64,000 bases of DNA, taken from the NCBI GenBank assembly GCA_963743545.1, contig CAVUQB010000005.1:998723-1062722 (forward strand), read 5' to 3'. This DNA comes from an uncultured Actinomycetes bacterium. Its GTDB lineage: Bacteria > Actinomycetota > Thermoleophilia > Gaiellales > Gaiellaceae. Position 1 is the stretch's first letter. Each line of letters starts with the position of its first letter. The position numbers were made by a program, and so were the translations under genes. The notes under the pieces were generated by a model. The model was not told where the DNA came from. It searched no databases and saw only the letters and a list, made by a program, of their open reading frames with translations. Shown one piece after another: positions 25,041-33,433 of the stretch.

Positions 25041-25909
25041 TGGCGACCTCCACCTACAAGCGGAAGTCGACGAAGGCCGAGCTCCGCCGCCAGAAGATGG
25101 AGGCGGCCGCTCTCTATCCGATCGACTGGCTCGAGGAGCGGTCCGGGCTCATCGGCGGACTCAAGTACTTCCTCTTCCGCAACGTCCCGTCGGACATCAA
25201 CTGGATGCAGACGCTCGGCTCGGCCGCGCTCACCGCCTTCCTCGTGCAGGCGATCACCGGCGTGATCCTCGCGATGTACTACGTGCCGTCGGCGGCGGTC
25301 GACCCGCATACGGGCAATCCGCAGGCGTACGACTCGATCCTCAACATCACGGACACCCTCACGCTCGGCTGGCTCGTGCGCGGCATGCACCGCTGGGGCG
25401 CGAGCGTCTTCATCATCCTCATGTTCCTGCACATGGGTCGCGTCTTCCTGTTCGGCGCCTACAAGTACCCGCGCGAGCTGAACTGGATCATCGGCGTCCT
25501 GATCCTCGTGATGGGGATGATGGAGGGCTTCACCGGCTACCTCCTGCCGTGGGACCAGACCGCGTACTGGGCGACCGTCGTCGGGATCAACCTGAACGGG
25601 ACGGCGCCGTTCTTAGGCCCGTGGTTAGCCCAGTTCCTCCGGGGTGGACAGGCGATCAGCGGCGCCACGCTGACGCGCTTCTACTCGCTGCACATGCTCG
25701 TGATCCCGGGCGCGATCATCGCCCTGATCACGCTCCATCTCTACCTCGTGATCCGGCTCGGCGTCACCTCGCCACCGTGGTCGAAAGACGCAGCGGGTGG
25801 CGAGCCCGAAGAGGCGGACGAGCCGCAGCTGCGGTCCGGCCTGACGCGGCCGGCGGCGCGTCCTGCGGGCGCATCGCCGATGCAGGCTGAGCCGGGAGGC
25901 AGCGAGTAG
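25040..25909 (+). CDS. qcrB: cytochrome b (b6-like N-terminal half) of the bc complex
   Basis: WLEERSGL...FFRNVP...NWM.TLGS ... RGMHRWGASVFI..MFLHM.RVF..GAYK.PRELNW. This is the four-helix b6-type module. Start at ATG 25040. Confidence 0.88.
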   Translation: MATSTYKRKSTKAELRRQKMEAAALYPIDWLEERSGLIGGLKYFLFRNVPSDINWMQTLGSAALTAFLVQAITGVILAMYYVPSAAVDPHTGNPQAYDSILNITDTLTLGWLVRGMHRWGASVFIILMFLHMGRVFLFGAYKYPRELNWIIGVLILVMGMMEGFTGYLLPWDQTAYWATVVGINLNGTAPFLGPWLAQFLRGGQAISGATLTRFYSLHMLVIPGAIIALITLHLYLVIRLGVTSPPWSKDAAGGEPEEADEPQLRSGLTRPAARPAGASPMQAEPGGSE

Positions 25910-26754
25910 TGGCCGCGATCAAGAAGGAGAAGCCGAGCCGCGTCGACGAGGCCCGGGCGGAGTTCGCCCGCTACAAGTCGGACGTCAAGGCGCGCGGGAA
26001 GCCCTTCTTCCCGTACGCGATGTTCCACGACACGATCATGAGCCTGGTCGTCGTCGTGGTGATCATCTGCCTCGCCGCGATCTGGCATTTCTCGGGGTAC
26101 GGGCCACACCACGACCCGACGCACAAGGGCATCCTCGGACCGAACGTCGACCCGCCGGCGGATCCCGGCACGACGAGCTTCGTGCCGAGGCCGGACTGGT
26201 ACTTCTATTTCCTCTTCTACCTGCTCCGGATCTTCAAATGGCCGGAGTCGATCTTCCTCGGCACCGTCGGTGTGCCGACCATCGCGCTCATCCTCCTCAT
26301 CAGCCTGCCGTTCCTCGATCGTCGCCGTGTGCGCAAGCCCTCGCAGCGGCCGGTCGCGATGGTCGCCGCCGTCCTCACGATCGTCTCCATGGGCGTGCTG
26401 ACCTGGAAGGGCGCGACCGCGAAGGAGGCGCTCGCCTCCGAGGTCAAGCAGAACATCCCGCGCTGGATCAAGCAGGAGCGCTTGCCGGCGGACGCGATCC
26501 CCGGGGTGCACCTCTTCGCGGTTGCGGGCTGCACGTCCTGTCACACCTACGACGGCGCCGGCGGCTCGAACCTCGGCGCGCCGGACCTAACGGACATCGG
26601 CTCGCGGAATCTCGGCGTCCAGTTCCAGATCGCCCACCTGAATTGCCCGTCGTGCGTCAACCCGGGCTCGCCGATGCCGTCCTTCTCGTCGCTCGGCCCG
26701 GAACGCCTGAAGCAGCTCGCGCTTTTCCTCGAAGCCTCCAAGGGCACGCACTAG
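25909..26754 (+). CDS. qcrC: cytochrome b C-terminal (subunit IV-like) module fused to a mono-haem cytochrome c domain
   Basis: PDWYFYFLFYLLR (cyt b C-terminal/SUIV motif) followed by CTSCH (CxxCH) and SPMP. This is the same architecture as Bacillus QcrC. The GTG start overlaps the qcrB stop (TAGTG). Confidence 0.85.
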   Translation: MAAIKKEKPSRVDEARAEFARYKSDVKARGKPFFPYAMFHDTIMSLVVVVVIICLAAIWHFSGYGPHHDPTHKGILGPNVDPPADPGTTSFVPRPDWYFYFLFYLLRIFKWPESIFLGTVGVPTIALILLISLPFLDRRRVRKPSQRPVAMVAAVLTIVSMGVLTWKGATAKEALASEVKQNIPRWIKQERLPADAIPGVHLFAVAGCTSCHTYDGAGGSNLGAPDLTDIGSRNLGVQFQIAHLNCPSCVNPGSPMPSFSSLGPERLKQLALFLEASKGTH

Positions 26755-26772
26755 CGGCGGGAGACGGGCGAG

Positions 26773-27222
26773 ATGCGGCGGCTCCTCCTGCTCGCATTGC
26801 TCGTTCCGCTCGCGTCGGCGTGCGGCTGGAGCCCGTTCCCGAGCGGGCACTCGAGTGCGCAGGGCTCGTCCGTGCAAATCCAGGTCACCACGTCCCCCGT
26901 CCACACGGAGGCCCCGAGCTCCGTTCCGCGCTGGATCGAGGTCGAGCATCTGCCGCAGAAGGCGTTCGCGGGCGCCAAGCTCTTCGCGATCGCGGGCTGT
27001 ACGGCGTGTCACGTGTATGCCGGCTCGGGCAGCAGGAACCTCAATGCGCCTGCCCTGACGGCGATCGGAAGACGGCACCTCGGCATCCGGTTCCAGATCG
27101 CCCACCTGAAGTGCCCGGCCTGCGTGAACCCGGGCTCGCCGATGCCGTCGTTCGCGTCCATGGGAGAGAAGCGCTTGCGCCAGGTGGCCGTCTTCCTCGA
27201 GGCCTCCAAGGGCATTCACTGA
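26773..27222 (+). CDS. c-type cytochrome, probable lipoprotein; paralogue of the QcrC haem domain
   Basis: MRRLLLLALLVPLASAC (lipobox-like), CTACH haem motif and SPMP. About two-thirds identical by eye to QcrC residues encoded at 26455-26754. Confidence 0.8.
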   Translation: MRRLLLLALLVPLASACGWSPFPSGHSSAQGSSVQIQVTTSPVHTEAPSSVPRWIEVEHLPQKAFAGAKLFAIAGCTACHVYAGSGSRNLNAPALTAIGRRHLGIRFQIAHLKCPACVNPGSPMPSFASMGEKRLRQVAVFLEASKGIH

Positions 27223-27246
27223 CGGGGACCAGCGACAATCCCGGGA

Positions 27247-27837
27247 GTGCACGTTTTTCTCGGGATCACGGGCGCTTCCGGCGCCGCGTATGCGGCGCGG
27301 CTGCTCGAGGGGCTCGCAGCCACGGACTGCGAGATCGGGATCTGCGCCTCGCGCGCCGGCATCGAGGTGCTCGGCACCGAGCTCTTCGGCGACCCGGCGC
27401 TGCCGCGCGACGAGACGCTCGCGCGGCTCCTCGAGCACGCGAACGGCGCCGCCCGCATCTACGACCCCGAGGACTGGAGCGCTCCGTACGCGTCGGGCTC
27501 CGCGAAGGTCGACGCCTACGTGATCTGTCCTTGCTCGATGGGGACGGTCGGGACGATCGCCTCCGGCGCGATGTCGAACCTCATCCACCGCGCCGCCTCG
27601 GTCGCGCTGAAGGAGGAGCGGAAGCTCGTGCTCATGCCGCGTGAGACCCCGCTCTCGGCGATCCATCTCCGCAACATGCTCATGCTGCGCGAGGCCGGGG
27701 CGACGATCCTCTTCCTCGCGCCGGGCTTCTACCACGGCGCCGAGAGCGTGGAGAACCTCGTCGACTTCATGGCCGCGCGTGCCCTCGACCTGCTCGGGCT
27801 CGACCACGCGCTCACCCCCCGCTGGGGACAGACATGA
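27247..27837 (+). CDS. ubiX: UbiX-family flavin prenyltransferase
   Basis: VFLGITGASGAAYAARLLEGL ... ICPCSMGTVGTIASG ... LVLMPRETPLS. Confidence 0.9.
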   Translation: MHVFLGITGASGAAYAARLLEGLAATDCEIGICASRAGIEVLGTELFGDPALPRDETLARLLEHANGAARIYDPEDWSAPYASGSAKVDAYVICPCSMGTVGTIASGAMSNLIHRAASVALKEERKLVLMPRETPLSAIHLRNMLMLREAGATILFLAPGFYHGAESVENLVDFMAARALDLLGLDHALTPRWGQT

Positions 27838-28523
27838 CTGTCGAGTCAGGCCGCCTCCCGGCCGAGGGCGTGCAGCGGATGTTCGACCGGATCGCGCCGG
27901 TCTACGACGCGATGAACCGTGTCATGACGCTCGGGCTCGACCAGCAGTGGCGCAAGGCGACGGTCGCGGAAGCCGTGCGGCCCGGCGACCACGTGCTCGA
28001 CGCCTGCTGCGGCACCGGCGACCTGGCAGTTGCGGCGGCGAAGGGGGGAGCCGCGAGCGTCGTCGGCCTCGACTTCTCCGAGCAGATGCTCGAACGCGCC
28101 CGCCGCAAGGCGCCGGAGCTCGAATTCGTGCAGGGCGACGTGCTCGCGCTCCCCTTCGAAGACGCGAGCTTCGAGTCGGCCGTCGTCGGCTTCGGCGTCC
28201 GCAACGTCGAGGACCTCGAGGCGGGGCTCAAGGAGCTGCGCCGCGTCCTGCGTCCCCGCGGCCGGCTCGGGATCCTCGAGATCACGACGCCGCGCGGCCG
28301 GCTCGCGCCGTTCTACCGGCTCTGGTTCGACCGCATCGTGCCGCTGCTCGGCCGCGTCCTGCCCGGCGGCGACGCGTACACGTACCTGCCCGCGAGCGTG
28401 CGCCGCTTCCCGGGGCCTGAGGAGCTCGCCGAGCTGCTCGGCTCCTGCGGCTTCGAGGCCGTGCGGTTCCGGCTCTTCGCCGGGGGCATCGTGGCGCTGC
28501 ACGTCGGCGAGGCGGGCTCGTGA
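27834..28523 (+). CDS. ubiE: demethylmenaquinone/ubiquinone C-methyltransferase (UbiE/MenG family)
   Basis: VQRMFDRIAPVYDAMNRVMTLGLDQQWRK ... VLDACCGTGDLA ... LRPRGRLGILE ... YTYLPASVRRFP. ATGA overlap with ubiX. Confidence 0.9.
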   Translation: MTVESGRLPAEGVQRMFDRIAPVYDAMNRVMTLGLDQQWRKATVAEAVRPGDHVLDACCGTGDLAVAAAKGGAASVVGLDFSEQMLERARRKAPELEFVQGDVLALPFEDASFESAVVGFGVRNVEDLEAGLKELRRVLRPRGRLGILEITTPRGRLAPFYRLWFDRIVPLLGRVLPGGDAYTYLPASVRRFPGPEELAELLGSCGFEAVRFRLFAGGIVALHVGEAGS

Positions 28524-29425
28524 CGACATCGCTGTCGGACATCCGGTCGGTGCCGGGGCTGGACGACTACCTCGACGCGCTCGAGGAGCGGCTCGCGCGG
28601 AGCGTCGCCACGCATCCCGGGCTCGTCGCCGCCGTGGGGAACGAGGCGCTCGCCGCGGGCGGCAAGCGGCTGCGGCCCACGCTCGTCTTTCTCGCCGCCC
28701 CGCCGGGGACAGAGCCGTCGCTCGCCGCCGGGGTCGCGGTCGAGCTCGTCCACATGGCGACGCTCGTCCACGACGACCTGATCGACCAGGCCCACTTCCG
28801 CCGCGGCAAGGCCGCCGCCTGGTCGGTCTACGGCCCGGCCGCCGCGCGCGCGACCGGCGACTACCTGTTCGCGCGGGCTTTCTCCGAGCTGAGCGCGACG
28901 GGAGACGCCGAGGCCGTCGAGATCCTCGCCGACGCGACGCTCGCGCTCGCCCGCGGCGAGGCGCTGCAGCGGACGCAGACCCGCGACCCCTCGACGACGG
29001 TCGAGGCGTACCTCGAGCGCTGTGCGCTCAAGACCGGGAAGCTGTTCGAGGCCGCGTGCCGGCTCGGCGGCGGCTCCGGTGAGTACGGCCTCGCGCTCGG
29101 GATCGCGTTCCAGATCGCGGACGACGTCCTCGACTGCTCGGGCGCCACGATCGAGACCGGCAAGATCGCCGGCACCGACCTCCGCGACGGCACGCCGACA
29201 CTCCCTCTCCTGCTCGCCGCGCAGCGCGACGCGGTCGTGCGGGCAGCGCTCGCGGGCGGTCCAATGGACGGCGCGCTCGTGCGTGTCGCGGCGACCGGCG
29301 CTCTCGACGAGTCGCGCGAGGTGGCGCTGGACTACGCTAAGGAGGCCAGAGCCCGTCTCGACGGCGAGCTGCACAGAGACGAGCTCGAGGCCTTGACACA
29401 CGCGGTCGTCGACCGGGAGAGGTAG
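28520..29425 (+). CDS. polyprenyl diphosphate synthase (long-chain trans-prenyltransferase)
   Basis: GGKRLRP ... LVHMATLVHDDLIDQA (first DDxxD) and FQIADDVLD (second DDxxD). GTGA overlap with ubiE. Confidence 0.88.
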   Translation: MTTSLSDIRSVPGLDDYLDALEERLARSVATHPGLVAAVGNEALAAGGKRLRPTLVFLAAPPGTEPSLAAGVAVELVHMATLVHDDLIDQAHFRRGKAAAWSVYGPAAARATGDYLFARAFSELSATGDAEAVEILADATLALARGEALQRTQTRDPSTTVEAYLERCALKTGKLFEAACRLGGGSGEYGLALGIAFQIADDVLDCSGATIETGKIAGTDLRDGTPTLPLLLAAQRDAVVRAALAGGPMDGALVRVAATGALDESREVALDYAKEARARLDGELHRDELEALTHAVVDRER

Positions 29426-29430
29426 CCGCA

Positions 29431-30537
29431 ATGGCTGTTCTGGACACGCTCGATACGCTCGCCCCGATCCGGGACAAGGTGCTCGCCGGCGAACGGCTCG
29501 ACTTCGACGACGGCGTCGCCCTGATGGAGACCGACGACCTGCTCGCGCTCGGCGAGCTCGCCGACCTCGCGCGGCGGCAGCGCGTCGGCGGCGACGAGGT
29601 CTATTTCGTCCAGAACATCAACCTGTACCAGACGAATGTCTGCCGCGTGAAGTGCAAGTTCTGCGCCTTCGCGAAGACGCGCAAGCAGGAGGACGCGTTC
29701 ACGCTGACCGCCGACGAGTTCGTCGAGGACGCGGTCGAGCAGCACGAGCTCCTCGGCTTCACCGAGATCCACACGGTCAACGGCGAGAACCCGCACGTCG
29801 AGCTCGACTACTACGCGGAGCTCCTGCGCAAGCTGAAGGAGGCGCTGCCGGACGTCCATCTCAAGTTCTATACGGCGTCCGAGATCCACCACATGTCGCG
29901 GCTCGAGGACTGCTCGCACGAGGAGGTCCTGCGCACGCTCAAGGACGCCGGCCTCGACTCGATGCCGGGCGGCGGCGCCGAGATCTTCGCCGACCGCGTT
30001 CGCACGCTGATCGCGCCGGGCAAGGAGCATCCGGACGAGTGGTTCGACGTCCACGACACCGCGCACAAGCTCGGGATCACGACGCAGTGCACGATGCTCT
30101 ACGGCCACGTCGAGACCTACGAGGAGCGGGTCGACCACCTGTTGCGGTTGCGCGAGCAGCAGGACAAGACCAACGGCTTCCTCTCCTTCATCCCGCTCGC
30201 TTTCCACCCGGAGAACACCGTCTTCGAGCGCCGCGGCTTCCGCTTCACGACCGGCGCCGACGACCTGAAGGTGATCGCCGTCTCGCGGCTCCTGCTCGAC
30301 AACGTCCCGCACGTGAAGGCCTACTGGATCATGATGGGCCTCCCGCTCGCCCAGGTCGCGCTCCACTTCGGCGCCGACGACGTCCAGGGCACGGTCGTGC
30401 GGGAGAAGATCTTCCAGGCCGCGGGCGCGAGCGCCGGCACCGAGCAGAAGGTCGCCGAGCTCGTCCGCGTCGTCAGCGAGGCGGGCCGCACCCCGGTGCA
30501 GCGCGACAGCCTCTACAACGAGCTGCGCCGATGGTGA
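29431..30537 (+). CDS. mqnE: radical SAM menaquinone (futalosine pathway) enzyme, most likely aminofutalosine synthase MqnE
   Basis: CRVKCKFC (CxxxCxxC), GGGAEIF, TMLYGHVET, FLSFIPLAFHPENT. The MqnE-versus-MqnC assignment rests on my recollection of family-specific motifs (IPLAFHPEN versus SWTFQ). Confidence 0.6.
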   Translation: MAVLDTLDTLAPIRDKVLAGERLDFDDGVALMETDDLLALGELADLARRQRVGGDEVYFVQNINLYQTNVCRVKCKFCAFAKTRKQEDAFTLTADEFVEDAVEQHELLGFTEIHTVNGENPHVELDYYAELLRKLKEALPDVHLKFYTASEIHHMSRLEDCSHEEVLRTLKDAGLDSMPGGGAEIFADRVRTLIAPGKEHPDEWFDVHDTAHKLGITTQCTMLYGHVETYEERVDHLLRLREQQDKTNGFLSFIPLAFHPENTVFERRGFRFTTGADDLKVIAVSRLLLDNVPHVKAYWIMMGLPLAQVALHFGADDVQGTVVREKIFQAAGASAGTEQKVAELVRVVSEAGRTPVQRDSLYNELRRW

Positions 30538-30839
30538 ACCTCTCCGAGCTCGAGCTCGCTCCCGACGTCGTCTGGGTCGGCGTCCTGCCCGGCATGCTGT
30601 GCCGCAGCGCCGAGCAGGTGAACGTGAGGCTCGAGCAGGTGCGAAACAGCGGCCGGTCGTACTCGCCGGAGATGCTCGCCGAGCGCGACGGCGTCGTGCT
30701 GTTCGACCCGCACGTCGACCCGCCCGCGGAGATCCCCGAGCTCCACCAGATCGCGATCGTCCACGACAACCGCGTGCAGGAAATCCGCGACTACCCGAAC
30801 CGGGCAGCGGCGCAGTCGGCGTTCGAGGCGATGTGGTGA
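30531..30839 (+). CDS. small hypothetical protein (102 aa) embedded in the mqn operon; possibly NTF2/SnoaL-like
   Basis: ATG 30531 overlaps the mqnE stop (ATGGTGA), and its TGA overlaps the mqnA GTG (GTGA). The C-terminal ...IAIVHDNRVQEIRDYPNRAAAQSAFE is reminiscent of NTF2-like folds. This reading frame is hidden inside track ORF 29652..30839. Confidence 0.5.
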   Translation: MVNLSELELAPDVVWVGVLPGMLCRSAEQVNVRLEQVRNSGRSYSPEMLAERDGVVLFDPHVDPPAEIPELHQIAIVHDNRVQEIRDYPNRAAAQSAFEAMW

Positions 30840-31615
30840 TCCGCCTCGGCCGCATCGCCTACGTGAACATGGCGCCGGTCTTCTACCGCGTCGACGCCGA
30901 GGTGGAGGAGGTGCAGGGCGTCCCGACCGAGCTGAACCGGATGCTCGTCGCGCGGGAGCTCGACACCGCTCCGATCTCCTCGATCGAGTACGCGCGCAAC
31001 GCCGACTCGCTCCGTCTCCTGCCGCGGCTCTGCGTCGCGTCGGAGGGAGCGGTCGACTCGATCCAGCTCGTCTCGCGCGTGCCGCTCGAGCGCGTGCGCA
31101 CCGTGGCGGTGACGCCGGAGTCGGCGACGTCGGTGGCGCTGACCAAGGTGCTGCTGGCCGACGCCGAGCAGGCGCCGCTCGAGGCGTACGAGACGGGCGA
31201 GGCCGAGGCGAAGCTCCTGATCGGAGACGCGGCGCTGCGCTCGGCCTTCGAGGATCCGACCCCGCATCACGATCTCGGGAAGCTGTGGCTCGAGCGAACC
31301 GGGCTGCCGATGGTGTTCGCCGTCTGGGCCTGCCCGGAGCCGCTCGCGGAAGGGCTCGCCGAGCTGGAGGACGCGCTCGTCTCGTCGGTGCGGCTCGCCC
31401 GCGCCGAGCCGCAGCAGCTCGCGTTCGAGGCCGCCGAGCGCTACGGCTATCCGGCCGGCTTCCTCGCGCGCTACTTCGAGAAGCTCCGCTACCGCTTCGG
31501 CCCGCGCGAGCGCGCCGGCCTCTACACGTTCCTCGAGCTCGCCCGCGACGCCGGCCTGCTCGAGACGGTGCCCGAGCTGCGCTTCGTCCAGACCACGGGC
31601 GCGGCCGTCGCATGA
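30836..31615 (+). CDS. mqnA: chorismate dehydratase (futalosine pathway MqnA)
   Basis: VIRLGRIAYVNMAPVFYRV ... ELDTAPISSIEY ... LLIGDAAL ... PMVFAVWA is the MqnA/MqnD (PF02621-type) pattern. It has the MqnA-like N-terminus and lacks the SPCPND motif of MqnD. Confidence 0.8.
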   Translation: MIRLGRIAYVNMAPVFYRVDAEVEEVQGVPTELNRMLVARELDTAPISSIEYARNADSLRLLPRLCVASEGAVDSIQLVSRVPLERVRTVAVTPESATSVALTKVLLADAEQAPLEAYETGEAEAKLLIGDAALRSAFEDPTPHHDLGKLWLERTGLPMVFAVWACPEPLAEGLAELEDALVSSVRLARAEPQQLAFEAAERYGYPAGFLARYFEKLRYRFGPRERAGLYTFLELARDAGLLETVPELRFVQTTGAAVA

Positions 31616-32715
31616 GCGTCGCCGAGCGCACCCCGGTGGCCGAGATCCTCGAGCGCGCGGTTTCCGGCGAGCGGATCACGGACGAGGAGGCGATCGAGCT
31701 CCTGCGCTCGCGCGACCTCGTCGCCGTCGGCCGCGCCGCGAACGAGATTCGCAACCGGCTGCACGACCCGGAGCGCGTCACGTTCATCATCGACCGCAAC
31801 CTCAACTACACGAACATCTGCGTCACGGACTGCGACTTCTGCGCCTTCTACCGCCGGCCGGGCGACCAGCGCGAGGGCTATCTTCTGCCGAAGCCGGTCA
31901 TCTTCAAGAAGATCGAGGAGACGCTCGCGCTCGGCGGCACCGGCCTACTGATGCAGGGCGGCCACCATCCCGACCTCGGTGTCGAGTACTACGAGGATCT
32001 CTTCTCGTCGATCAAGGCGCGCTACCCGATCCACCTGCACGCGCTGTCGCCGTCGGAGATCGTGCACGCGGCGCGCCGCTCGAAGCTGACCGTGCCCGAA
32101 ACGCTGACGCGCATGCGCGACGCCGGCCTCGACTCGATCCCGGGCGGCGGCGCGGAGATCCTCGTCGACCGCGTGCGCGACATCATCGCGCCGAAGAAGG
32201 TGAACACGAAGGAGTGGCTCGGTGTGATGCGTGAGGCGCACCGGCTCGGGATCTCGACGACGGCGACGATGATGTACGGCCACGTCGAGACGCTCGAGGA
32301 GCGGGTCGAGCACTTCCGGCGGATCCGTGAGCTACAGGACGAGACGGGCGGCTTCCGCGCTTTCTTCTCCTGGACGTTCCAGGACGACGGCAACCGGCTC
32401 GTCTCGCTCGTGCCGGTCGAGGCGCGGCCGACCTCGTTCGACTACCTGCTCACGCAGGCCGTGTCGCGCATCTACCTCGACAACCTGCCGCACATCGGGT
32501 CGTCCTGGGTCACGCAGGGGAAGAAGATCGGCCAGGTCGCGCTCGGCTTCGGCGCCGACGATCTCGGCTCGGTGATGATCGAGGAGAACGTCGTCTCGGC
32601 CGCGGGCACCACGCACCGCACGAGCGCCGACGAGCTCGTCCATCTGATCAGGAGCATGGGCAAGACCGCCGTGCAGCGCGACACGCTGTACCGCGACGTC
32701 AAGGTCTGGGACTAG
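31612..32715 (+). CDS. mqnC: radical SAM menaquinone enzyme, most likely cyclic dehypoxanthinyl futalosine synthase MqnC
   Basis: IIDRNLNYTNICVTDCDFCAFYR (CxxxCxxC), GGGAEILVDRVR, TATMMYGHVET, GGFRAFFSWTFQ. ATGA overlap with mqnA. Confidence 0.65.
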   Translation: MSVAERTPVAEILERAVSGERITDEEAIELLRSRDLVAVGRAANEIRNRLHDPERVTFIIDRNLNYTNICVTDCDFCAFYRRPGDQREGYLLPKPVIFKKIEETLALGGTGLLMQGGHHPDLGVEYYEDLFSSIKARYPIHLHALSPSEIVHAARRSKLTVPETLTRMRDAGLDSIPGGGAEILVDRVRDIIAPKKVNTKEWLGVMREAHRLGISTTATMMYGHVETLEERVEHFRRIRELQDETGGFRAFFSWTFQDDGNRLVSLVPVEARPTSFDYLLTQAVSRIYLDNLPHIGSSWVTQGKKIGQVALGFGADDLGSVMIEENVVSAAGTTHRTSADELVHLIRSMGKTAVQRDTLYRDVKVWD

Positions 32716-33431
32716 CCGGTCAGCTGCGCTACGAGCTCGGCGGCGTAGGGCCGGCCGCTCCGCTCCGCGGCAGCTCGGAAGTCGTCGATCGCATACGGCA
32801 CCTGACGGAACTCGACCGCGACCGCGCCGTCCTCCACCGTGACGAGTGCCCACTCGGCCAGCGCGCGCAGGATGGGCGGGTCGGGATGCCGGTCGTAGGA
32901 GACTCCGACGCTGCCGGGATTGACGTAGAGGGCATCGCCGATCCGGCGCGTCCACTGCAGGTGCGTATGCCCGCCCGCGAGCAGTGCCGCGTCGTGGCCG
33001 AGGTAGGGGTCGAGGGCCTCGCCGCCGAGCTCGGGTAGGAGCACGTCGTCGTAGGAGTGCGGCGAGCCGTGGAAGAGGAGCAGGGACACGCCGTCGAGTT
33101 CGCGGCGAACGACCGGCGCGAAGGAGCGGATCTGCTCGAGCTGCGCCGCGTCCAGCTGGGCAAGCGTCCAGTCGCGAACCTCGAGCTGCCGCTCGGTGAC
33201 CGGCTCCGGCGAGTCGTCGTCTACCTCGAGCAGGAACGCGTCGGCGTTGCCGAGCACCGTCTCGCAGCCGAGCGCCGCAAGGCGGTCGAGCGTCTGCGCC
33301 GGCTCTGTGCCGCCCTGGACGACGTCGCCGAGGCAGACGATCTCGGTCACGCCGAGCCGGTCGACGTCCTCGAGCGCGGCCCGAAAGGCGACGTCGTTCC
33401 CGTGCTGGTCGGAGATGAGCGCGAGGCGCAT
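32712..33431 (-). CDS. metallophosphoesterase family protein
   Basis: MRLALISDQHGN ... CLGDVVQGG ... GNAD ... FHGSPH ... GGHTHLQ are the canonical calcineurin-like phosphoesterase motifs. Start at ATG 33431. Confidence 0.8.
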   Translation of the reverse strand: MRLALISDQHGNDVAFRAALEDVDRLGVTEIVCLGDVVQGGTEPAQTLDRLAALGCETVLGNADAFLLEVDDDSPEPVTERQLEVRDWTLAQLDAAQLEQIRSFAPVVRRELDGVSLLLFHGSPHSYDDVLLPELGGEALDPYLGHDAALLAGGHTHLQWTRRIGDALYVNPGSVGVSYDRHPDPPILRALAEWALVTVEDGAVAVEFRQVPYAIDDFRAAAERSGRPYAAELVAQLTG

Positions 33432-33433
33432 GG

